NCBI RefSeq assembly: GCF_018977255.1
Contig: NW_024704742.1
Location: 26,166,001 to 26,230,000, forward strand
Length of the DNA stretch: 64,000 bases
From: Callorhinchus milii
Taxonomy: Eukaryota
Direction of reading: 5' to 3'
The position numbers and the translations under genes are program-made. The notes under the pieces were generated by a model, which had not been told where the DNA came from, did no database searches, and saw only the letters and a program-made list of their open reading frames with translations. Positions 51,731 to 63,400 of this stretch are shown here, piece after piece. Position 1 is the first letter of the stretch, and the number at the start of each line of letters is the position of its first letter.

Positions 51731-52929
51731 CTGTTATTAACACATGGAAGAAAACAGATCACAGAATTGATGGATGAAACAGAATATGGAATAAACAATA
51801 ACTTACATTTTTATTGTACCCCTTCACGCGTGGATTGGATTGCTTCAAAACATATCGAAGCATCATTGAGGGAGCACTGGGCTGTATTTTTCTTGCCAGG
51901 ATTGATGACCTTGGTGCTAAGGCAACACAAATCCTTGACCGTCCATCAACCAATCTGGTCTGTATCTGCAGCAGTGATTCAGCATTCACTTGTCAAGATT
52001 AAATGGCTGGGTCCCTTGACACTGATTTCATTACTCAAATGAAAAGATAATGCAGATGGGGTTGGGAAAGTAATTGGCAAACCCAAATGCATGTCATTTT
52101 CCCATAAAAGGAGATGTCATGGCAAGACGTGATCGATATCCTGTAACAATTTACCCTGGAAAAAAATGAAAACCTGACTGTGTGGTTTGATGTTCAGAGC
52201 TCGACAATATATCCACATGGTCAGAACCACAGATCAAACATCCAAAACAGAAAGGAATCTTACCCGTCACATTAAACTATTACAGATCATCAAACCTCTT
52301 CAATGATTAAAATGAAGTGAATAATAACATGAAATGCACAAGGTGAAAAGGTCGGCATGTGCAGTGATAATTACTGTACAGGCTCCTGTTGATGTCCCAG
52401 TGCCCTGGGGGGAAACACTGCCCGTGCTTTTTTGGGAGCGTTTGCTTCTGAATTCCCTTTGCTGGTGCTGTAGTCCTTCTTTGAGAGAATAGCACCTTTG
52501 AACCTGCCACCAAGGTGGAGCACAGCAGTTCAGGGAATTCCAGTTAAACTCAATCTTAAAAGTGACAATTGTCACATCACATTCTGTATTTTAACCCAAT
52601 GAAGACCATCATCGTGGTTTAGCTACACTTTAGTAAAATCTTCTGTAAATATTCAAGGCAGGAATTAATTTGCCTTTTACCCTGCTCACTTGCTTCAAAG
52701 ACATCAAGCTTATTGAGCCCTAGTCTCTAATTAAATTTGCGTGCTAACCTAACAAAGGGATATATGAAAAGAAGTTTAATCACATCCCTATGGGAGATGC
52801 AGGAAACTCATCTTGTAGCTTACAAGATCACAGCATTAATAAATTAATCACAGCTACCGGAGCTTGGATACTCTTTAGCAAGAAGCAGAACTATACTTTG
52901 TTTGTTATAATGCTTATATTTTCTGCAGG

Positions 52930-53330
52930 ACACTGGGGATCATCTTCATTGCTCTCTACACTGATTCCAGGGCCTTGGCGGCTCCCTTATGTCGAGCCAC
53001 CAGAACTACAGGCACTACACAAGATGTGGCCTGACCACAGCACTATACAGCTTGAGTACGACATTTGGGGATCTGAACTCAACTGATTTAGCAATGTAGT
53101 GCAGCATTCTGTTTGCCTCATTTATTGCTGTCTCACACTGTTTTGACATGGTGAGCGATGAATCAATTAATACCCCTATATCTCTTTCAGCTTCCCCCTT
53201 GGCAAGTTCTATCCCATACATGGAGTACACATTTTTAATTCCTATCTGTAGTGCCTTGCAGTTATCTGTATTGAACTTTGATCAGTCATCAGTCCATGTG
53301 CATACTTTACCAAGCTCTCTGTATCAATCT
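52930..53330 (-). mobile_element. CR1-like fragment
   Basis: ERDIGVLIDSSLTMSKQC..A..ANRML.YI......LYSAVVRPHL. Confidence 0.8.
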
Positions 53331-53834
53331 GCCTGATGCGGCCTGATGTATTAGATAATATATTATTAAAAATCAGTAATAAAGAACAAAAGTACTTTCA
53401 TTATTATAGTGTCTGAAATATCTGCAAGCGTGTCACAGATAATCATTGCCAAGTTTAGTGATTCTTTTTGTAGGGAAATGCAGCAATCATTTTGCCTAAA
53501 CAGCCATGAAGCATATGATAAATTAATCTGGAGGATTATTGGCTATAACACAGGGAGAAACTATTTTCTTTTTAAAGATTACAGAATCTTTAACATTCAT
53601 CTTTAACATTCACTGTGGTTTAGGGTCTCATCCAAGAGATGACAGATCTAACACTGCAGAGCTCTCCCAGCACTGTACTGGAGCATTAACCCACACTATG
53701 AGTTCAAGACTCGTTGTGGGGCTCGAACCAACAACATTTTGACCCAGAGATGAGAGTGAGCCAGGCTGACAATGAACACTGTTGTTGTCAACATTGTATC
53801 AAACAGAATAAAAATGAATGACAAAGCTCAGGTA

Positions 53835-54535
53835 ATAAATCTAGGAGTCCAGTTCGACCCCCAACTGTCCTTCCTCCCCCACATCTGGTCCCTGACCAGC
53901 AACCCTTTCTTCCACCTCCGCCACATTGCCCGCCTCCGACCGTACCTTACCCCAAATGCAGGCGAAGCCCTCGTGCATGCGATTGTCCACTCCTGCTTGG
54001 ATTACTCCAATGCACTTCTCATCGGTCTCCCCAGCTCCATTATTTACAAGATCCAGATCATTCAAAACTCTGCCGCCCACATACTGATTCCTGACCAAAC
54101 TCCGTATCCACATCTCACCAGTTCTGGCCAGGCTCCACACTGCTCCCCATCACCGAATGGATCGACTTCAAGATCCTCATACTTGTGTTCAAATCCCTTC
54201 ACCCCTGGCACCTCCCTACCTCTCCTCACTCCACCACCCGGCACCTCCGCTCGACTGGCTCCGGCCTCCTTCTCGTCCCTCGCATCAGCCCCACCATTGA
54301 GGTCATGCTTTCAGCCACTACTCTCCAAAACTCTGGAACATTTTCCCTCAATCCCTCTGCCTTGCCCCCCCCCTCCCCTTTTTCAAGGCCCACCTGAAGG
54401 CTTTCCTGTTCGACTGTGCTTACTGCCATCTCCCCCACTCCCACCCCTCGGCTCGGAGTCAGGCTCCGCCATTGTTAAGCGCTCTGAGATGCTACCCTGC
54501 ATGGAGGGTGCTATATAAGTGCAAGTTGTTGTTGT
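53835..54535 (+). mobile_element. L2 3' fragment
   Basis: NLGVQFDPQLSF..HI...LDYSNALL.GLP; (TTG)n tail. Confidence 0.88.
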
Positions 54536-55079
54536 AAATAATCCTTACATTTGATAGCGTCTAATGCTTATTTTATATAAAACCCTTTTATTATAGTTGC
54601 ATTTCTATTTTATATCAAGGTTGCTTTTGAAATGTTCCCTTTTTGCTCTACTTCTAGGAATTTACTCTGATTTTTTCCAATTGTTTATATTTTTGCAGAA
54701 ATCCATCACCATGCTTAAGAGTTTCCAAAACAGACTGAGAATTCGAGATATATATGCCGCCTACACATGCAAATGCTCTTATTTTTAACAACCCAACCTT
54801 CCCCTGAAATTTTAATGACTGCTGCTCAGGCAACTAGAACTTACAGATTTACTGAGCCATATGCTGTATCATTGAATATTTTAACACAGGGGTTAAGATT
54901 CCAAAAGACAGGACTTTCAAAAACAATTTTCTCATCATTTAATAGAATTACAAAGAATGGACAACATTCTAACCTCTTATAAACTAAAGATGTTTTGGGG
55001 AGAATCTACGAAATTAAACTTTGAGTCTAATCAAAAGAGAATATTTTCTCAAAGAGTGTTATGTACTTTAATTCCTTAC

Positions 55080-55133
55080 CTTTGTGCAATCTGATCCCAT
55101 CACCGACTTGTGAAATTCGCCATCAATGAATAT
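55080..55133 (-). CDS. RIMBP-like small exon, FN3 middle (IFIDGEFHKSVMGSDCTK)
   Basis: 54 nt, TTGTTAG acceptor, AAG|GTAAGG donor, phase 0/0; continues GYR|IFIDG. Confidence 0.82.
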
Positions 55134-55630
55134 CTAACAAGTAAAATAAATTGAGTAAAAAAGATAATCCTTGCATTTGGTGCAGTACCTTTATCAGATC
55201 TTCCAGAGAATACAATAGAAATTTACAGAAACATCTAAGATCTTAATATTTGTACTGGTATCACTATCTAATCTATCTTCTGGAGGTTTATCTAGAGGTT
55301 TACCCAGAGGTGTGACCCCATCACCCCCACCTCGCCTGACTCCACTGGCTCCCCATCACTCAGAGGATCAAGTTCAAAATTCCTGTCCTCACCTTCAAGA
55401 CACTCACTTTCTTGCCCCCTTCTACCTCTCCAACCTGCTAACCCCTTATCAACCTGTCTGAACAACATGATAAGGCGCTATATCGAATTTAAGGATTATT
55501 ATTAATGTCTCTTTTTTTGTAAATGAGTATATGTTAGATAATACTATGAAACAGATTATTGTTTACATTAAAGCTAAAAAATTCCATGTTCAGTTGGTCG
55601 CAAACTGTTAGTCACCAGTCTATAACATAC

Positions 55631-55761
55631 CCTATAGCCTTGGACAGACGTATGATTGCTGGATCCCTTTTCATCCGTACCAGGCTTCTCCCAGTTAACC
55701 ACCAGGTTGCTCTGGCCGACTGGTTTTATAATCCGGACTGAGACAACTGGTGCAGGGGGCT
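55631..55761 (-). CDS. RIMBP-like exon, FN3 N-half (EPPAPVVSVRIIKPVGQSNLVVNWEKPGTDEKGSSNHTSVQGYR)
   Basis: 131 nt, TTTCTCCAG acceptor, AGG|GTATGT donor, phase 1/0; FN3 pattern P.AP...V.W..P....V.GY. Confidence 0.86.
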
Positions 55762-56489
55762 CTGGAGAAAGGAACACAATAATTAATGTAAATTATAAAT
55801 AAGGCAAAAAGCATTCAAAAGGACAGAAATGTCCCTGTGCTCATTTATCTTGCAGATGTCAGGGAAATAGCTCTGAATTGTTTGTCTCTGGAGACAAACA
55901 GGAGTTTGGTTTGCATTAAGCAACTATGTTTATGGGATTTGTTATGTGAGGTGACCAACCCACACTTATCTAAAGTAAGCCCTTTGCCCTACTTTTGTAA
56001 GGAGCCCAGTGAAAAAAAAGTGAGGGTCTATTACTAAATGTTTCTTGCCCTGGCCTGTTGTAGCATACCGTTACACAAGGATTACTGATCGTATTAAACC
56101 CAGAATCCACGACAATGCATTACCAGCTCATTTTATTCCGCCTGCCACTATATTTTATCGGCCACCCTTAAGTATTCATTACTTTAAGCCAATTTTGATC
56201 ACAGACTGGAATTGAAGATTTGCTTAAGGCTACAGCATTTATTTATAACCACAAATCTTACAGTTTAAGAAACAGCATTTTGGGTTAGTCCGTGTCAGAA
56301 TTAAGAGATTCATTGATGGGTGGATAAAATGATCACGGTTTTAACAACATGTAGAAAGAGGACATTTGCTCAGGAAATCAATGTGGTCTATCTGATAGTC
56401 AATGCTGAAAAGTATTAGACAATTATCATGACGCTCTAACATTTTTGTGACCTAAATAGAAGTTAACCCCAAACTGAAAAGATTAACTG

Positions 56490-56810
56490 GGAGTCCTGTA
56501 GCTCAGCGGTTAGAGCACTCGCTTTGCAAGTGAGAGACCGGAGTTTAATTCCAGGCAGAGGGCGAAACCTTGGGCAAGTTTCCTTACTCCACACAGAGCC
56601 TAATAATAATCCCTCCAAAAAACCAAAAACAATAATAAATTGGTCATTTTCAATCTACGACTGTTTGTGGGACATTGCTGTGCGCAATTGGCTGCCGCGT
56701 TCGCCCACAAATATACAGTCAATTCACTTTACGGTGTGTTCTGTGAAGCGCTTTGGGACGTCCTCCCAACGTGAAAAGCGCTATATCAAATGCAAGGATT
56801 ATTATTATTA
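56490..56810 (+). mobile_element. tRNA-derived SINE, young short subfamily
   Basis: GGAGTCCTGTAGCTCAGCGG head to (ATT)n tail. Confidence 0.9.
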
Positions 56811-57394
56811 AAATGGCAGAGATCGGATTGCACAGGCCCAGAAAAGACATATACCATAAAGACCCATAGATGTAAGCTGTATCCCTTTAGCCATACACCC
56901 CAAGATCTGATGAATAAGAGATTAAATGATGTTCTTTATTTGAAGATTTCTGAGTTTCTTTCCTCAATTTACTTATTAATATAAATGAGTGCTCAATTAA
57001 AAATTACTCTTTAATAACAAGTGACTATTGTGCTCATGTTCTTCACCTTTATGCACATAATATCAACTTGCTAACACTTTGATGAAAGTTCTGCTGGATT
57101 TGATAAGTGCTGGTAAGTATTAAAACTATTTTGCTCTGAGCTGTGCTGGAACATCTGTTTTATCAGATAATCCCAAACCTCCGTCTCCCTGAAAATTAGT
57201 TTTCACTCGACATTGATTTGAAAGCATTTACTTTCTGAGATGGGGATGATTACACTGCCAGGTTACTGAGCAACCGTTACATATGACAATTAAAGACATC
57301 TTTTTTATATAGCCAGGGAGAACCTAGATGAAGGGCCAAGGCCCATAGTACAGGACATCACCAAGGGTAGAAATATAGTGCTTAACTTTGTAAC

Positions 57395-57765
57395 ATTTCA
57401 AAGCACTTCACAGGGAATTGCTGTAAATTGTGTTTTGGTATGTTATGGCAGCAGCCAATTTGCCCACAACAATGTGCCACAGATAATTATTAAGTGAATG
57501 ACCATCTGAAGGATTGTTGACCAGGACACTGGGAAAAACTTCTCTTTTTGAATAGTATCATGGGATTTTTAACAATCACCGAAACAGATGGCTAGGATCT
57601 CAAGTATACTGAGATTTCATCTGAAGAACATCTCCTCTAACATTGTAATGCTCCTCCAGCACTGGAATATCAGCCTAGACCATGAACTCAATGTCCCCAT
57701 GTGGGGCTTGAACCCACAACCTTTGGAGCCAGAAGTGAAAGTGCTACCAACTAAGCCAATTGGCA
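57395..57765 (-). mobile_element. Degraded DeuSINE-like element
   Basis: Reverse match including head GGGGCTTGAACCCACAACC. Confidence 0.65.
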
Positions 57766-58349
57766 CATCTAGAAACAGTCTGATATTGTGTTGCGAGTTT
57801 GCAAAGAAATGAAGAAAAAAATATTTGATTAAAAAGGCTGGCCACCGTTGGATAGACCACTACTTTTCAATCAGTTCAACCTAAGGACAATTTTTTCTGA
57901 CATTCCAGCTCTACATCCCTCAAAATGATGATGATGATGAGTGACAGACTGCTTTTTCTTTTGCAATGCCCTCAGGTACAAAATAATTTATGTGTTTATC
58001 CTCTCAAGAAATGTTACTTTTAAAATGTGTTCAAAGTTACTGTAAAATCGCTTTCGTCAAAAAAAAAGTTTGGAGAGGTTTTGCTTTTTAACTGGGCATA
58101 CTGGCCTCAACAGGTATGTATTAATGGACCAGCATAGAGGGATTTGTGGCTACTTTCTGCACTTCCTCTCTGACATCTTTATATGCACTGATTATTGGCT
58201 ACTGAGTATGTTGCAGGATAACGTACTGTCTCTGACCATCACCTGTCCTAGTATCTCATGCTAAAGTTCTCTCAAATTATTTTACTGACAACTGAGGTAT
58301 TTCAGCTCTAGCACCTGCATTAAGATACCATTTAAAGCAATAATATAAA

Positions 58350-58765
58350 AATAATGATCCTTACATTTGATATAGCGCCTTTCACATTGGAAGTCTAAAG
58401 AGCTTCACACGATTTACTGTAAAATGTAGTGAACGTATTTTTTGTAGGTGAATGCGGCAGCCAATTCACACACAGCAGTGTCCCACAAATAGCCATAAAG
58501 TGAATGACCATTTGTAATTGGGGGATTGTTGGCTCAGGCACCACAGTGGAGAAACTCTCTTCGCTTTTTGAATACTGCCATGAGATCTTTAACCTCCACC
58601 TAAACAGGCAGACAGGACCTCGGTTTAACTTCTTTTCTGAAGAAAGACACTTCAGACAATGCAGGGATTTGTTGCTGAAGTATCAAAGAATATTTCAGTT
58701 TCAAAGATCTGGTGTGAACCCACAACTTTCTGCCTCAGAGACAAGAGTGCTACCAAATGAACCAG
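58350..58765 (-). mobile_element. Degraded DeuSINE-like element
   Basis: Reverse match to head, core and tail. Confidence 0.7.
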
Positions 58766-59089
58766 ACTTTTGGCTCAGGACTTCAATTGTCGAATATTGA
58801 ATCGTGATATGTTTTGACAACATGATTACGTGCTATCAAAATGTTTCATTATTTTATCTAACTGACCAGGGACAAACTGACTAAAGCTTTAACAGATGTA
58901 ATTGTGTCACATAGTGTAGGACAATATTAAAATAAGAGAGCACAGACAAAAAGCTGTTGTTTTGAAAGTTAATCATTGTAATTGTGATTATCAAGTTACT
59001 GCGTTGAGAAAAAAGACATTTAGAAGAAAGAAATCACCATCTTTGTTTACAATTATATCTGACAAATATCATTGGAATTGTTAATTTAC

Positions 59090-59492
59090 CTTGTGCCATT
59101 GTTGGTCCTCTTACTCCCTGCATAGCAGTTGCTGCTGTCCACCGTTCATGGTCTTCTCTGAGATTTAGTGTCAACATATCTGATAGATTGCATCCTGCTG
59201 CTATTAGTTGGCATGTCTCACTAGTATTTCCCCCGGATCCCTGTGTGCTTTTTGGGTCATCCGCACCACAGTCTCCTGAGCAACACTGAGCAGGGTCAGC
59301 AGACTGGAGTGAGTGGTGTTGCTCCTGCTTCTCTCCTGCAGTTTGCCAGCGAGTCTCACTAATTGAACATTCCAGTTCATTGTGTAGCCTTGATACCAAA
59401 GGGCGCTGCACATGTTCTTGATTTGGTGAGGAAATAGACACTGAACTGGGATCCATTGCTGAGAATGACCCAGTGGTCACAGAAGGGGTTAC
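59090..59492 (-). CDS. RIMBP-like exon, Ser/Thr/Gln-rich linker ([17 protein letters not shown]...GVRGPTMAQ)
   Basis: 403 nt open frame, CTCTCTACAG acceptor, G|GTAAAT donor; phase 0/1 fits both neighbours. Confidence 0.78.
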
Positions 59493-59542
59493 CTGTAGAG
59501 AGAAGAATGAATTGGGTGAAGTTTGCAATCTTTTTAAGCATT

Positions 59543-59816
59543 TTAATAATCCTTGCATTTGATATAGGACCTTATCATGTCTTCGAGACGTCTCAAAGCG
59601 CTTCACAGAATGTATTGTAAAGTGAATTGAGTGCATATTTTGTGGGCGAAACGTGGCAGCCAATTGCGTACAGCAGTGTTCCACAAACAGTTGTGGATTG
59701 AGTGACCAATTTATTATTATTATATTTGTTTGAACGAATTATTACCCCCGGAAAAGCGATCCCCCAATTGACTAACAACCGAGGCAAGTGCTCCAACCAC
59801 TCAGCTACAGGACTCC
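59543..59816 (-). mobile_element. tRNA-derived SINE (internally deleted long subfamily)
   Basis: Family head and tail on minus strand. Confidence 0.85.
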
Positions 59817-61074
59817 ACCAATTTTGTTGCTTAACACCAGCGAGTGGTTAAAAAAAGTCACAAGTATTACCCCATTTTTCTTAAGGCAACTAAAAAGAAA
59901 GTTTCCAAAAGCTCTTTAACAAGGTGTTAGATAAAATAAATAAGCATTATAGGTAAGTAATAAATAATCCTAGCATTTGATATCAACCTTTCACGTTGGG
60001 AGGACATCTCAAAGCACTTCACAGAATTTATTGAAAAGTTTAGTGACTGTAAATGTAAATGTAGATGAAATCAGCAGTCAATTTGAACACAGCGATATCC
60101 CACAAAGAGACATGGAATGAGTGACCAATTTTATTTGGGGAATTGTTGGCCATGACACCAGAAGAAAACACCTTTCTCTTTTCAAGTAAAGATCTGGAAT
60201 CTTTTGTAACATCCATCTGATAGACAGCTAGATTATTATGTATCTAGAGACAATGTAATGATGTCCATATTGACTATAATTGTCTATAATATTAGAATCA
60301 TCCATTTATTCAGTTGGGTCTGACATTTCAGCGAGGCCATTTGAGAATATGGAAAGTGATCCTATTTTAAAACATTGTAATGACGTTTCTTCAGCAAGGA
60401 ATGGAGCGTTTAGGGGAATACTGCAATTTCAAAATGTTTAAAGACGGCCCAGGGTGTGAAACGCCTCCTGATTCTTTACAATGGTTGTCCCAAAGATTTC
60501 AACAGCTGGTAGTTGTTTTTGATTGCAGTGGTTTAGTGCAGCTTCTTGGGATTCCATACTCAAAGACTGCCTCTGAGTTGGGAACAGTAGTTGGGGGCAT
60601 TAAGCAGAAATCCAAGATTGTGAAAAGCAGTGATGTATTTAAGAGAAAATTTGATGTATACATGAGGGAGAAAGGAATAGATTTGGGGAACAGGAGTGAT
60701 TGAGGGGAGTGGGGAATATAAATCCAGGCACAGACTAGTTGGGTAGAATGGCTTGTTTCTTTAACGTATGATTCCATGTGTTTCACAAATATTGCAAATG
60801 TAGCACTCGAATCCCTAAAATCCAGCTCCCAGAACCTCCATTGTTGGGGTGGGGGGGTGGGGGAGTTACATCTGCCGACACTCCTTAGATGTCCTTAGAC
60901 AGATGGAAGAAAAGGATTGTTCAACATATAATTAATTGTCACATTGAATTTGTTATGAAACATTACATTTTTCAACTTTTTAAAACAAAAGTGATATGTT
61001 TATTATTTTTTAATCAAAGTAAGCCGATTTCACATGCAATAGTTTGAGCAGATTTTAGTTATGGTGTAGTTTAC

Positions 61075-61317
61075 CTGGTAGTTACTGCTATGTCCCTGCT
61101 GAAGCTGTTGGTAGAACGCTAGGATCCTTTCTGGGCTACTCAGCTGTGCATTCAGAGTAGACTTGCTCTGAGGTGTGTGTGCACGATGGACATCATCTGC
61201 CTCATCCAGAAAGCTGGCTGGAACCAGCCCCAATACCGCATTCACTTCAGCGTGGTACAATCCATGGCTATCTGGGAACCCGGTGACTCGGACCACATCT
61301 CCAACAGAGAGAGGCAA
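61075..61317 (-). CDS. RIMBP-like exon, rest of SH3-a (LPLSVGDVVRVTGFPDSHGLYHAEVNAVLGLVPASFLDE...SSNYQ)
   Basis: 243 nt, TATCAG acceptor, CAG|GTAAAC donor, phase 0/0; SH3 GLVP..F motif. Confidence 0.87.
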
Positions 61318-62890
61318 CTGATAAAACAATACAACAAGGAACAAAACTGCAATATCAAAGCATGTTCAATGTTAGAAACAAGTTTCATCAAAGGAAACCA
61401 TCTGTACGTTCACCTTATTATTCTGTAAGGTGGCCAAGGGCTTTCTTCATCGAATATTGATGAAGACCCTGTGGGCCTAGCACACCAGTGCTCCAATGCA
61501 CCTTGCAATTGAGAGATAGGACGAGGGTTCCCAATACAGTGAGTAAATGGTCCAGCTCTAGTAAGACAACAATAAGTAGACTCATCCCAAGCCACTCTCA
61601 TGCACTTTCCACAGCACTGACAAGTGGTCTGGCATCAAATGACTGCCCATCCGATGGGCTAGGGGTGATGAACAGTAGAGAAAAATGGAAAGGGACAGAA
61701 CAACAAGTCTCCTAACATTTTATAAACACTGAATTAAATCATCTCAAATTAATCATAGACAAATGTATTGCATGGTGTGACAGCAGAAAATGTGAAATCT
61801 GGATATATAGAAAATTCTTTGCTAATCCTCTTTGATGACCTTTCACATCAGCGTAGGAGTCAAGACTATTCCCGCCCATTATTCAACTCAATCTGAATCA
61901 GTGGCACCTGAGCCCTGGTTATGATCAATTTTCCATAATTCTGTTGCAATCTTCAATTTTAAGACAAAATGGTTCTACGAGCTAAGACTGGGTGGAATTG
62001 CAGGCTTTGGGTTTAATCATGCACATCAGTCAGGTCTAAAGGGATTCACTCACAACTCGCCAACCTGATTTAATTTAATTTAATTGTCAGAGAGAACACC
62101 ATCAGTATCTGGGCTGGATTTCAATCCAAATCTCAGGAGGGTAAGGCCAGCCATTTAGAGATTGCATCTCTCAGCCCTCTGAGTATAGAAACATTTCAAA
62201 AATATTACAAGATAAACCTGTAATAGGTCAGCCACCTGTGTTTCACAAGTGTTACTGCATGGATTAGATCGAATGACAGTGACAAAGAATAAAGGTCAGA
62301 GGGCTGAATTCACTCATGGTTTTAAGACTAGTAATCTAGAATTTAAGGTATGCAGAGTTTTGAAATTTCATATATTTAGACACAATTTGGAAGCTATTTT
62401 TCTACAGTTGGAACAGTAGAAAAGCAGTTTTCTACAAAACGCACAGCCACCGCACATTACAGTAAATCATTTGAAGTGTTTTTAGATGTCCTCCCAAAGG
62501 AAAAGGTGCTACATCAAATGCAAGGATTATTATTAATAATCTATTAAGAGTGAATTTAAGAATATTCCAAAATGTTGCACGATCTTAAGCTTTAAGACAA
62601 TGGTCTTTTCAGGCCCTGGTTGTTTGCACACTGACAAACTCTGCTCTCTAGACAGAATTTGTCACACAATAACATGCTTTCCCAACCATTGGTATCAACC
62701 AGAACAATGACTAGTAGTATCACTGGTTAGCTCAGTTGGTAAACGCATCACTAATATAAAACCAAGCCACACAGATCCTTAGCAGTGCTCTGAGATGCTA
62801 TCTTGTGTGAATGGTGCTATATAAAAGCAAGCTGTTGTTGTTGTTGAGCATCCCAGATTTAATCCCCATTCTATGAAGGACAGGACTAAC

Positions 62891-63232
62891 ATAATAATAA
62901 TCCTTGCATTTGATATAGTGCCTTATTATGCCTTCGAGACGACTCAAAGCCTTTCGCAGAATATACTGTAAAGTGAATTAACTGTATATTTTATGGGCGA
63001 AACACGGCAGCCAATTGCGCACAGCAGTGTCCCACAAAACCTTGTGGATTGAGTGATCAAAATTTTTTTAAGGGACTATTACCACGGAAAAGCGATCCAC
63101 CAATCATACTGCTAGGTAAACAGAGGTGTGTGGAGTAAGAAAGCTTTCCCAACGTTTCGCTTTGCCTGGGAATCGAACCCAGATCCTCTCGCTTGCTAGG
63201 CGAATGTGCTAACCACTATGCGAAAGGATTCC
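62891..63232 (-). mobile_element. tRNA-derived SINE, long subfamily
   Basis: B box GGTTCGATTCCC and family tail on minus strand. Confidence 0.85.
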
Positions 63233-63257
63233 ACTTCAACTTCAAAAGATCACTCAC

Positions 63258-63400
63258 AGCAGGCAGGACTGTGTGGGGCATGTTCTCAGAAGGGTGGTAG
63301 TCAGCATTGGCTACACATGACCTGTAGATTAAAGATGGACTGGAATCCACAATGTTTCCCCTTTGACTGGAAAGAGAGTCCAGAAGACCAGGATGCAAAC
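63258..63400 (-). CDS. RIMBP-like gene, first exon visible in window; start of SH3-a (LHPGLLDSLSSQRGNIVDSSPSLIYRSCVANADYHPSENMPHTVLPA)
   Basis: 143 nt, TTTTAG acceptor (phase 1), GCT|GTGAGT donor (phase 0); CVANADYHP joins LPLSVGD of the next exon, resembling RIMBP SH3-1 (CVARYSYNP...ELPLTAG). Confidence 0.78.

Noticed and set aside
62040..62185. Possible LF-SINE-like head on minus strand
   Set aside because: Similarity too short and degenerate to support by eye
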